Below are positions 20,840 through 29,053 of a stretch of DNA of 64,000 nt, piece by piece (the stretch's first letter is position 1; each line of letters begins with the position of its first letter). The stretch is taken from the sequence record OZ035849. One strand, given 5' to 3'. The notes under the pieces were generated by a model. The model was not told where the DNA came from and did not search any database. It saw only the letters and a program-made list of their open reading frames with translations. This DNA is from Escherichia phage vB_Eco_BGP. The translations under genes and the position numbers were made by a program.

Positions 20840-21103
20840 ATGAAATTTAAATTTTATTACGCTAAACATAAAATTACCGGTGAATTTATTGCATTTACGA
20901 CTTCAACTACAGGTGAAGGAGATATTTTTACTGCAGTATTTTTATCAAAATGGGAATCAGATCAACCTTACTTATCATCACGTGAAGATCTCCAACGATT
21001 AGTTAATGGAGAATATAATGATTCATGGTCATATTTAGTCCATGATTGTGTTAAAAAGGCAATAAAACAAAAACACTTGGAAATCGTTGAGATTGAACTA
21101 TGA
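20840..21103 (+). CDS. hypothetical protein (87 aa)
   Basis: ATG 20840 after SD GGAGGAG. Confidence 0.5.
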   Translation: MKFKFYYAKHKITGEFIAFTTSTTGEGDIFTAVFLSKWESDQPYLSSREDLQRLVNGEYNDSWSYLVHDCVKKAIKQKHLEIVEIEL

Positions 21104-21288
21104 GTTCATTATGGTGGTGTTTTGTTTGGTTAATTAGTATTCCAGTAATTTGTTTAACATTTACTTTTGTGATGAGGTTATTATGAAAATTTTGAATTCT
21201 GTACTTATTGCTTGTGCGTGGTGGGTTGTGCAAGTTTCAGCGGTAGTAGTTGGTATTCACATTTATTACGAATATTTTTAAAAAAGTT

Positions 21289-21318
21289 GTTTACAAGACT
21301 GTTCCTCTGTGGTACTAT
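21289..21318 (+). promoter_or_regulatory. T4-type early promoter
   Basis: GTTTAC 21289-21294, TACTAT 21313-21318. Confidence 0.65.
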
Positions 21319-21346
21319 ACAACTATCAACTACGGAGGAACAGAAA

Positions 21347-21460
21347 ATGAAAAAGATTGTTAAAGCTATATGGAATGTAGTTATAATACTAATAGTTTTG
21401 AGTATATTCCCAATCGTTTTAATGATTGATGTATTAAACGTTTACTTTGGATTTATGTGA
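21347..21460 (+). CDS. hypothetical small hydrophobic peptide (37 aa)
   Basis: ATG after SD GGAGGA; single predicted TM helix. Confidence 0.4.
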   Translation: MKKIVKAIWNVVIILIVLSIFPIVLMIDVLNVYFGFM

Positions 21461-21467
21461 GGAAAAT

Positions 21468-21665
21468 ATGAAGCGTAAACGCAGTGCTTTTACATCTATT
21501 GAATGGTTTTTCGATAATATTTTTCCGGCTTTATTCATTTTCATGCTGATTTTTGCCTTAGGTTCAGTTGTAGTTGGAATCTATTTGATGACAGTAGTCG
21601 GAATTGATATTCATCAAAATGGTTTAAAATCCGTAGTTGAAACAATTTGGAATGGTGTAAAATGA
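21468..21665 (+). CDS. hypothetical small membrane protein (65 aa)
   Basis: SD GAGGA; hydrophobic core. Confidence 0.4.
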   Translation: MKRKRSAFTSIEWFFDNIFPALFIFMLIFALGSVVVGIYLMTVVGIDIHQNGLKSVVETIWNGVK

Positions 21666-21772
21666 TGAATTTACTAAACATTTGGTTTTATATTCTTATG
21701 TTTTACATTGGTGCAAATTTCCCATATTGGATGGGATGGTCAACAACTGCATTTGGATTTTATACTCCTTGA
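21662..21772 (+). CDS. hypothetical small hydrophobic peptide (36 aa)
   Basis: ATG overlaps previous stop; aromatic-rich hydrophobic. Confidence 0.35.
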   Translation: MMNLLNIWFYILMFYIGANFPYWMGWSTTAFGFYTP

Positions 21773-21780
21773 GGTGAATT

Positions 21781-21996
21781 ATGAAAAGTTTTAAAGATGT
21801 AAAAGTTGGTGAAATTTTTTGTTTAGATAACGGTGATCAGTTAATTCGTATTTCACCTCTTAAGAGCACTAGCGAGAAACCGACAGTTAATGCTACTTTA
21901 GCAAATAATAGTAATGAACGTTTCTGTATTGAAAATGATACTGAAACTTATACCGTAGAAGAATTCTGGGAATTGAGCGTCGACTGCGACGATTAA
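21781..21996 (+). CDS. hypothetical protein (71 aa)
   Basis: SD GAGGTGAA before ATG. Confidence 0.45.
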   Translation: MKSFKDVKVGEIFCLDNGDQLIRISPLKSTSEKPTVNATLANNSNERFCIENDTETYTVEEFWELSVDCDD

Positions 21997-22056
21997 TTTA
22001 ATGGCCGTGTGTATTCATGCGGCCTTGGAGTAGAAAATAATTTAGAGGAAATTAAT

Positions 22057-22515
22057 ATGAAATATATGACTGTTACTGATCTGAACAACGCAGGCGCTAC
22101 CGTTATTGGTACAATCAAGAACGGTGAATGGTTTTTGGGAGTTCCACATAAAGATATTTTATCTAAACCTGGATTTTACTTTTTAGTGTGTAAATTAGAT
22201 GGTCGTCCATTTAGTAATCCGTGCGTGTCTGCACGATTTTATGTAGGTAATCAGCGTTCTAAGCAAGGATTCAGTGCGGTTCTAAGTCATATTCGTCAGC
22301 GTCGGTCTCAGCTTGCGCGTACTATTGCAAATAACAATGTTCCATACACAGTATTTTATCTGCCTGCTTCTAAGATGAAACCTCTGACGACGGGATTTGG
22401 TAAAGGTCAGTTAGCTTTGGCGTTTACTCGTAATCATCATTCTGAGTATCAAACACTTGAAGAAATGAACCGTATGTTGGCTGATAACTTTAAATTTGTT
22501 TTGCAGGCATATTAA
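22057..22515 (+). CDS. ndd: nucleoid disruption protein Ndd
   Basis: About 152 aa from ATG 22057; matches T4 Ndd size and position. Confidence 0.8.
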
Positions 22516-22595
22516 TGAGTAATTTCCATAACGAACACGTGATGCAGTTCTATCGTAACAATCTTAAAACCAAAGGCGTCTTCGGACGCCAGTGA
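22515..22595 (+). CDS. stp: Stp peptide (26 aa)
   Basis: [26 protein letters not shown] matches T4 Stp as I remember it; start overlaps ndd stop. Confidence 0.6.
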
Positions 22596-22602
22596 GGAAA
22601 AT

Positions 22603-22761
22603 ATGAATATTGCAAAATTATTAGGAGTTATTTCATTTATTTGTTGGATAGTAGCATGTGTTTTAACTATCTGTATTGATGCCAGCAGTGTGTTTTCGCA
22701 AGCTTTAGCTCAGGGTATGTGTGCATATTTAACATTTGTGTTGTTATCTACTAATGATTAA
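22603..22761 (+). CDS. ac: Ac-like small membrane protein (52 aa)
   Basis: Hydrophobic about 50-aa ORF in the ndd-ac-52 position. Confidence 0.6.
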   Translation: MNIAKLLGVISFICWIVACVLTICIDASSVFSQALAQGMCAYLTFVLLSTND

Positions 22762-22894
22762 GAAAATCTTGGGCTATTCATTAGCCCTTGCTATTTTATT
22801 AATAGCACTATATTATGGAGTAATGTTTGGATTAATTCAAGTCGTGCTTTTCATTTCTGATGTTATTATGGCACTACATTCACTAGTATGGTAA
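22754..22894 (+). CDS. hypothetical small membrane protein (46 aa)
   Basis: Overlapping start; hydrophobic. Confidence 0.35.
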   Translation: MIKKILGYSLALAILLIALYYGVMFGLIQVVLFISDVIMALHSLVW

Positions 22895-22898
22895 ATTT

Positions 22899-24227
22899 AT
22901 GCAACTGAATAATCGCGATTTAAAAAGTATCATTGATAATGAAGCATTGGCTTATGCTATGTACACGGTTGAAAATCGTGCCATTCCAAATATGATTGAT
23001 GGATTTAAGCCAGTTCAACGATTTGTTATTGCTCGAGCTCTTGATTTGGCACGAGGAAATAAAGATAAGTTTCACAAACTCGCTTCTATCGCAGGCGGTG
23101 TAGCTGACCTTGGATATCATCATGGTGAAAACTCTGCACAAGACGCAGGCGCTTTGATGGCTAACACTTGGAATAATAACTTTCCTTTGTTAGATGGTCA
23201 AGGAAACTTCGGTTCTCGTACCGTTCAAAAAGCAGCAGCAAGTCGTTATATTTTTGCTCGTGTAAGTAAAAATTTCTATAACGTATATAAAGATACTGAA
23301 TATGCTCCGGTACATCAAGATAAAGAACACATTCCGCCTGCTTTTTATTTGCCTATTATTCCTACTGTTCTTCTTAATGGCGTTTCCGGTATTGCAACTG
23401 GTTATGCAACTTACATTCTTCCTCATAGTGTTTCTTCTGTCAAGAAAGCTGTATTGCAAGCTCTTCAAGGAAAGAAAGTAACTAAACCGAAGGTAGAATT
23501 CCCAGAATTTCGTGGTGAAGTCGTTGAAATTGATGGGCAGTATGAAATTCGTGGAACATATAAGTTTACTTCACGAACTCAAATGCATATCACTGAGATT
23601 CCATATAAGTATGATCGTGAAACTTACGTGAGTAAAATCTTAGACCCACTTGAAGATAAAGGCTTCATTACATGGGATGATGCTTGCGGTGAGCACGGTT
23701 TTGGCTTCAAAGTTAAATTCCGCAAAGAATACTCTTTGAGCGATAACGAAGAAGAACGCCATGCAAAAATTATGAAAGACTTCGGGTTGATTGAGCGTCG
23801 TTCTCAGAATATTACGGTTATTAATGAGAAAGGAAAACTACAAGTTTACGATAACGTAGTTGATTTAATTAAAGACTTTGTTGAAGTTCGTAAAACTTAT
23901 GTCCAAAAACGAATTGATAACAAAATTAAAGAAACTGAGTCAGCTTTTCGTTTAGCCTTTGCCAAAGCACATTTCATTAAGAAAGTAATTTCAGGTGAAA
24001 TTGTTGTACAGGGTAAAACTCGTAAAGAACTGACCGAAGAACTTTCGAAAATCGATATGTATTCTTCTTATGTTGATAAACTAGTTGGAATGAATATTTT
24101 TCATATGACTTCCGATGAAGCGAAGAAACTTGCTGAAGAAGCTAAAGCTAAAAAAGAAGAAAACGAATATTGGAAAACTACTGATGTAGTTACCGAATAC
24201 ACCAAAGATTTAGAGGAAATCAAATGA
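22899..24227 (+). CDS. 52: DNA topoisomerase II medium subunit gp52
   Basis: 442 aa; GyrA-like; matches T4 gp52. Confidence 0.95.
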   Translation: MQLNNRDLKSIIDNEALAYAMYTVENRAIPNMIDGFKPVQRFVIARALDLARGNKDKFHKLASIAGGVADLGYHHGENSAQDAGALMANTWNNNFPLLDGQGNFGSRTVQKAAASRYIFARVSKNFYNVYKDTEYAPVHQDKEHIPPAFYLPIIPTVLLNGVSGIATGYATYILPHSVSSVKKAVLQALQGKKVTKPKVEFPEFRGEVVEIDGQYEIRGTYKFTSRTQMHITEIPYKYDRETYVSKILDPLEDKGFITWDDACGEHGFGFKVKFRKEYSLSDNEEERHAKIMKDFGLIERRSQNITVINEKGKLQVYDNVVDLIKDFVEVRKTYVQKRIDNKIKETESAFRLAFAKAHFIKKVISGEIVVQGKTRKELTEELSKIDMYSSYVDKLVGMNIFHMTSDEAKKLAEEAKAKKEENEYWKTTDVVTEYTKDLEEIK

Positions 24228-24373
24228 GTCCATTCATAGGTATTACAAGCGCTGCATTAGTATCTGGTAGCATTTTACTGACGGGTTTAGGCGTTGTTCC
24301 AGCCGTAGCAGGAGGTCTTCTTGCGTTCGGAATTCAACGTGTTATCATGACAGTTATCACAGTCATGCAGTAA
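24224..24373 (+). CDS. hypothetical small membrane protein (49 aa)
   Basis: ATGA overlap with gene 52 stop; Gly/Ala-rich hydrophobic. Confidence 0.4.
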   Translation: MSPFIGITSAALVSGSILLTGLGVVPAVAGGLLAFGIQRVIMTVITVMQ

Positions 24374-24378
24374 TTTTA

Positions 24379-24404
24379 GGGAGAGCCTCGGCTCTCCCTT
24401 TTTT
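24379..24404 (+). terminator. rho-independent terminator (GGGAGAGC-CUCG-GCUCUCCC, T-run)
   Basis: 8-bp stem followed by TTTTTT. Confidence 0.8.
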
Positions 24405-24430
24405 ATTTAAATTTTTTTTTTTACAAAACG

Positions 24431-24460
24431 GTTTACAACCAAAGCATTCCATGGTACTAT
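24431..24460 (+). promoter_or_regulatory. T4-type early promoter
   Basis: GTTTAC 24431-24436, TACTAT 24455-24460. Confidence 0.65.
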
Positions 24461-24502
24461 TACCCTATCAACACTGATACAGAAAAATAACTGGAGATTA
24501 AA

Positions 24503-24718
24503 ATGAATAAGATGAAAAATACTCAAAACGCTACCACCCGTTTCGGTAAAGTTAAACCCGGCATGAATGCTAAACGTAAAGAACTAGTTGAAAAACTAAA
24601 TTGGTTGGAAGTGGAGATAAATTCCTTAGTAGTTCGCGGCTCTAATGGTCGTAAACTGGAAAAACTTCGTGAAGGAAAAGCTGTTTTAATAGCTAAGATT
24701 AAAGACCTATCAATCTAA
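24503..24718 (+). CDS. hypothetical basic protein (71 aa)
   Basis: Lys/Arg-rich ORF with coiled-coil-like C-terminus. Confidence 0.5.
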   Translation: MNKMKNTQNATTRFGKVKPGMNAKRKELVEKLNWLEVEINSLVVRGSNGRKLEKLREGKAVLIAKIKDLSI

Positions 24719-24759
24719 GTAATTTTTACCAGAGCTCTTGAAAAAGAGCTCAAAATAAA

Positions 24760-24789
24760 GTTTACTTCTGCTTTAACTTATGGTATTAT
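24760..24789 (+). promoter_or_regulatory. T4-type early promoter upstream of motA
   Basis: GTTTAC 24760-24765, TATTAT 24784-24789. Confidence 0.65.
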
Positions 24790-24815
24790 AGTCTTATCAA
24801 CTACGGAGAAACAAA

Positions 24816-25451
24816 ATGTCTAAAGTAACTTACATCATCAAAGCTTCTAACGATGTTCTGAATGAAAAAACTGCTGCGATTTTAATTACTATTGCTAAGA
24901 AAGATTTCATTACAGCTGCAGAAGTTCGTGAGGTGCATCCAGATTTAGGTAACGCAGTAGTTAATAGTAATATTGGGGTATTGATTAAAAAAGGCCTGGT
25001 GGAGAAATCTGGTGATGGATTAATCATTACTGGTGAAGCTCAGGATATTATTTCAAATGCAGCAACTTTATATGCACAGGAAAATGCTCCGGAACTACTG
25101 AAAAAACGAGCAACTCGTAAAGCTCGCGAGATTACTTCCGATATGGAAGAAGATAAAGACCTCATGTTAAAACTTTTAGATGAAAATGGATTTGTTCTTA
25201 AAAAGGTTGAAACTTATCGTAGTAATTATCTTGCCATTTTAGAAAAACGCACTCACGGAATTCGTAATTTTGAAATTAACAACAATGGAAACATGCGAAT
25301 TTTTGGATACAAAATGATGGAACATCATATTCAGAAATTTACTGACATCGGAATGTCATGTAAAATCGCTAAAAACGGTAATGTGTATCTTGACATTAAA
25401 CGCTCGGTAGAAAACATTGAAGCAGTAATCACTGTAGCATCTGAACTGTGA
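24816..25451 (+). CDS. motA: middle-transcription activator MotA
   Basis: 211 aa; matches T4 MotA. Confidence 0.93.
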   Translation: MSKVTYIIKASNDVLNEKTAAILITIAKKDFITAAEVREVHPDLGNAVVNSNIGVLIKKGLVEKSGDGLIITGEAQDIISNAATLYAQENAPELLKKRATRKAREITSDMEEDKDLMLKLLDENGFVLKKVETYRSNYLAILEKRTHGIRNFEINNNGNMRIFGYKMMEHHIQKFTDIGMSCKIAKNGNVYLDIKRSVENIEAVITVASEL

Positions 25452-25461
25452 GGAATAAATA

Positions 25462-25791
25462 ATGAACAAGTTAGAAATTGTTAATGAACTTCGTCGTTGT
25501 GCAGAACCCACTCAAGAGGGTTGGGACATCTGGTATCATGGAGCTTATCTTGGAACTATCGTAAAGATTAAGACTGGTAAATACATGATTATTCGTGAAA
25601 GTAAAGATGCTCCAGTAGGTATTCGCAATAATTTCATGGCAGCGATAAGTTCCTTTACAGATGCAGCTTACGAAATTTACCTTGCCGATTATAAAGAATT
25701 CCAGGAATCTCAACCGGTTATTCGTTCAATTGGTGTTAACAAAGCTCAACAGAAAACTTTGTGGCAACGTATTAAAGGATGGTTTAAATGA
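25462..25791 (+). CDS. hypothetical protein (109 aa)
   Basis: ORF downstream of motA. Confidence 0.5.
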   Translation: MNKLEIVNELRRCAEPTQEGWDIWYHGAYLGTIVKIKTGKYMIIRESKDAPVGIRNNFMAAISSFTDAAYEIYLADYKEFQESQPVIRSIGVNKAQQKTLWQRIKGWFK

Positions 25792-26249
25792 ACCCATTTA
25801 TCAATCGTTTAAAAATGCTGAATGTTCCTTTATCTCGTGAAACTCCAGAAAGTCTTGTTGAAAAATTTAAAGCGCATGGTTATAAATGCACAGAAGAAGA
25901 TATTCTGAAAGAAGTTCCTGAAATCTGTTGGCAGACTGCGTATTGGGATGAAAACCAAAAGTATCAACGACGAATTGTCTGTGCAGCCAACCGTTTTAAA
26001 TTAAAAGATGGACGAACTCTTATTATTCCAGGTGCTCGTCATTATTCTAAAGATATGGCAGAAGTTTTAGATGTAGTTAAACCTCAATTAGTTACTCAAC
26101 AAGTTTGTGATGATGACCAAGGGTTTATTGACCAATATAGTAATTATTGGACACGTGAAGAAGCAATGATTATTGCAACTTACGCTGGACAAGTACGTAT
26201 TGAACGTGGTGGTAGTGAAAAAGAACTTTACTCTGAGGACCTTTACTAA
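25788..26249 (+). CDS. hypothetical protein (153 aa)
   Basis: ORF with overlapping start. Confidence 0.5.
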   Translation: MNPFINRLKMLNVPLSRETPESLVEKFKAHGYKCTEEDILKEVPEICWQTAYWDENQKYQRRIVCAANRFKLKDGRTLIIPGARHYSKDMAEVLDVVKPQLVTQQVCDDDQGFIDQYSNYWTREEAMIIATYAGQVRIERGGSEKELYSEDLY

Positions 26250-26545
26250 TGAATATTAAAAAGTTTCAAATTGATGGAATTATGAATCAAATCCAGGCAC
26301 TAGAATATGCCAATAAAATGATGTCAACTAATTGGGGAATTTATACCAATGAGCCGGGATTTAAGTTCTGTGATATGGAATTCACCAAAAAGCTTGTAGG
26401 AAAAGATTATGTATGTCCATTTAGTTCTCCAGTAAATGGAATGCTAAAACCTGCTTTACGCGATCTTTATATTGCGATGAACGAAGAAATGATAAAAGAG
26501 TTAAAACGTCAACTGAAGGTGATTCAATTTGGCCAGGGAAATTAA
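26249..26545 (+). CDS. hypothetical protein (98 aa)
   Basis: ORF with overlapping start. Confidence 0.5.
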   Translation: MNIKKFQIDGIMNQIQALEYANKMMSTNWGIYTNEPGFKFCDMEFTKKLVGKDYVCPFSSPVNGMLKPALRDLYIAMNEEMIKELKRQLKVIQFGQGN

Positions 26546-26747
26546 TTCAAAATCCGATTATTTTAACTCTCTCAATGATAAAGATAAAAATCTAATACGG
26601 CATTTTATTGTTGAGATGGGATATACTGACACACGTGATTTAAGAGAACATATATTTGAATGTGGTGTAGCTAAAAAGTTTTCATTCACATGCAAATGTT
26701 TGAGAGAGGTAATTCAGCACTATGAACAATTTAGTCGCAAAACATAA
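26529..26747 (+). CDS. hypothetical protein (72 aa)
   Basis: ORF; Cys/His residues present. Confidence 0.4.
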   Translation: MAREINSKSDYFNSLNDKDKNLIRHFIVEMGYTDTRDLREHIFECGVAKKFSFTCKCLREVIQHYEQFSRKT

Positions 26748-26830
26748 TTTTAATAAAGCTTCTGTTCATAAGGATAAGAAGAAAGCGTTTAAAGAATCTA
26801 ATCGCAAACAGAAACATAAGGGGAAGGTCT

Positions 26831-27109
26831 ATGATTATTGATTCTCAATCCGTGGTTCAATACACAATCAAAATTGATATTCTAGAAAAGCTATATAAGT
26901 TTCTACCAAACCTATACCATTCAATTGTTAATGAATTAGTTGAAGAACTACATCTTGAGAATAATGATTTCTTGATTGGAACTTATAAAGACCTCTCAAA
27001 AGCAGGATATTTCTACGTAATTCCAGCTCCAGGAAAAAGTATTGATGATGTATTAAAAACTATAATGATTTATGTCCATGATTATGAAATTGAAGATTAT
27101 TTCGAATGA
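26831..27109 (+). CDS. arn: Arn-like acidic protein (92 aa)
   Basis: 92 aa, strongly acidic, adjacent to asiA as T4 arn; name by size, charge and synteny. Confidence 0.5.
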   Translation: MIIDSQSVVQYTIKIDILEKLYKFLPNLYHSIVNELVEELHLENNDFLIGTYKDLSKAGYFYVIPAPGKSIDDVLKTIMIYVHDYEIEDYFE

Positions 27110-27261
27110 GTCATAATCTTGAAAAGGTAATCGAGCATAATGTAGCTCAGGAACGTAAGTCGTTCAAGGAATTCGTAGAAAAATTTTTTTTTTTTGAAGA
27201 AAATAACACAGACCAGTTTACAAATCAAGCGTCTGATGATATTATAACAAAGTCAACTAAT
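27106..27261 (+). CDS. hypothetical protein (51 aa)
   Basis: ATGA overlap with previous stop; contains FFFF encoded by a T12 run; overlaps the asiA promoter. Confidence 0.3.
27216..27245 (+). promoter_or_regulatory. T4-type early promoter upstream of asiA
   Basis: GTTTAC 27216-27221, TATTAT 27240-27245. Confidence 0.6.
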
Positions 27262-27276
27262 TGAGTGGTATAGTTA

Positions 27277-27549
27277 ATGAATAAAAACATTGATACAGTT
27301 CGTGAAATTATTACTGTTGCGTCTATTTTGATTAAATTTTCCAGAGAAGATATTGTTGAGAATCGTGCTAATTTTATTGCATTTCTGAATGAGATTGGAG
27401 TAACGCATGAAGGTAGAAAATTAAATCAGAATTCATTCCGTAAAATTGTTTCTGAATTAACTCAAGAAGATAAGAAAACCCTCATCGACGAATTCAACGA
27501 GGGTTTTGAGGGTGTATATCGATATCTAGAGATGTATACGAACAAATAA
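27277..27549 (+). CDS. asiA: anti-sigma70 protein AsiA
   Basis: 90 aa, MNKNIDTVREIITVASILIKFSRED...; matches T4 AsiA. Confidence 0.93.
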   Translation: MNKNIDTVREIITVASILIKFSREDIVENRANFIAFLNEIGVTHEGRKLNQNSFRKIVSELTQEDKKTLIDEFNEGFEGVYRYLEMYTNK

Positions 27550-28206
27550 TTATTTAGCCCTTCCTAATATTCTGGCCGCCTGAGCACATATTGATTCAAG
27601 GCGGTCATTACTTATATGATCATTTCTATACCAGTACATGGTTATCGTTCCAGCATAGATATTATCCAAATTAAAATATGGACAACTGTACATGTAGTTT
27701 ATTTCGGGAGTAGGCTTTTTAGTTGGTAAAAAAGCAAATTTTGAGTTGGAATAATAATGACGTCCATTTAAATGAACTGCATATTCATCCATAGTTTTAT
27801 CAACAGGATATCCTCCAAGTGATTTTTCAGTTATTGTTGAAGGTAATCTTCCTTCGTATGCTATAATATCAACAAAATAGTTTAAGTTTTTAGGGCGGAA
27901 AGAATACACCGCACTAAAGTCTGCCTCAGATGATATATGAACTATCTGGAGTTGTTCCAGGGCGACAGATTCAAAGCGTGCATTTCTTTCCTTTTCAATA
28001 ATTTCACTGTATGTTTCATACTTTGATTGCTTATAGTACTCAAAGAAACTATCTCCCCTATACCAAACAATCGCCATCATAAATAAAAGAATTACGACAG
28101 CTACCCGGGAAGCAAGAACTTTCCCGGTAGCGTTATCTTTGAACAAGCGATCTAGAACACCAAATAGAATATCAGAGGGCGAAAATGATATTCTAGGTGC
28201 TGCCAT
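27550..28206 (-). CDS. t: holin T
   Basis: 218 aa; N-terminal TM then large periplasmic domain; matches T4 holin; SD AAGGAGG. Confidence 0.92.
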   Translation of the reverse strand: MAAPRISFSPSDILFGVLDRLFKDNATGKVLASRVAVVILLFMMAIVWYRGDSFFEYYKQSKYETYSEIIEKERNARFESVALEQLQIVHISSEADFSAVYSFRPKNLNYFVDIIAYEGRLPSTITEKSLGGYPVDKTMDEYAVHLNGRHYYSNSKFAFLPTKKPTPEINYMYSCPYFNLDNIYAGTITMYWYRNDHISNDRLESICAQAARILGRAK

Positions 28207-28237
28207 AGACCCTCCTTTTAAGGATATTTATTCAAAA

Positions 28238-29023
28238 TTATACTCTTGAACCATATATTGTACCAACCTTAGTCCAAGTTGGAGCATTACCAGTAACAGC
28301 TTTACCGGCCGCACCGCCGTTATATTCTGATCCTTGCCCACGAATATTACATTTACCACCTGCGGCACCAGCATCACCGCCATTCCCGCCATTATAGATA
28401 CCATTGACAGACCCTTTACCAGGTGCAGAAATAGTACCAGCAGTAGCGCCCTGTTCCATATTAGCAGACCCGCCAGCAGCACCAAATGGACGACCGCCGC
28501 CACCGCCAAAAGTCAATTTCATTTGTGAAAAAGGAGAATAATATCCGCCTCCACCGCCGCCACCGCCTCCTGCGATAACACCATTGTTGTTAATACGCAA
28601 TCTAGTTCCAATTCCATTATTTATTGCAGTTCCTCCTGCTCCACCGGCAGAGTTATTTCCGCCATTCCCGCCACGGCCCCAAACATGCACGCCTGAATTG
28701 ATATTAAGTGTCACGTATGCATTAGTTAATGAGCTAGGAAAATCTAAGCATGGAACACCAGTAGATTGAGAAACAATATTTCCTGTAATAGTAATAACAA
28801 CAGGCGTGGACCCTTGTGCTTTTATCCAGTTTATTAATGTATCTTTATTATAAGAATTACTAGCACCAATGCTGTAATATACTTCTTTAGATTGCCCAGC
28901 CATTGAGCTCATCCATCCGGGAACTGAAACACGGACTGCTCTCATTGCAGCATCCATCCAACGTTGTCCAGTTTCATTCACGGCAGATTCGCCAATCCAG
29001 CCAGGAACACCTACAATTGCCAT
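28238..29023 (-). CDS. 38: tail fibre adhesin gp38 (T2/T6-type, glycine-rich)
   Basis: 261 aa with poly-Gly blocks (GGGGGGGGGYY, GGNGGNN) separating variable segments; position after gene 37. Confidence 0.8.
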   Translation of the reverse strand: MAIVGVPGWIGESAVNETGQRWMDAAMRAVRVSVPGWMSSMAGQSKEVYYSIGASNSYNKDTLINWIKAQGSTPVVITITGNIVSQSTGVPCLDFPSSLTNAYVTLNINSGVHVWGRGGNGGNNSAGGAGGTAINNGIGTRLRINNNGVIAGGGGGGGGGYYSPFSQMKLTFGGGGGRPFGAAGGSANMEQGATAGTISAPGKGSVNGIYNGGNGGDAGAAGGKCNIRGQGSEYNGGAAGKAVTGNAPTWTKVGTIYGSRV

Positions 29024-29053
29024 TAAAAATCCTTAGAGGGCCGAAGCCCTCTT

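Noticed and set aside
28228-28769. ORFs opposite or out of frame within gp38 (28228-28509 minus, 28334-28528 and 28584-28769 plus)
   Set aside because: Arise from the Gly-codon-rich (GC-rich) repeats of gp38; the translations are low-complexity.
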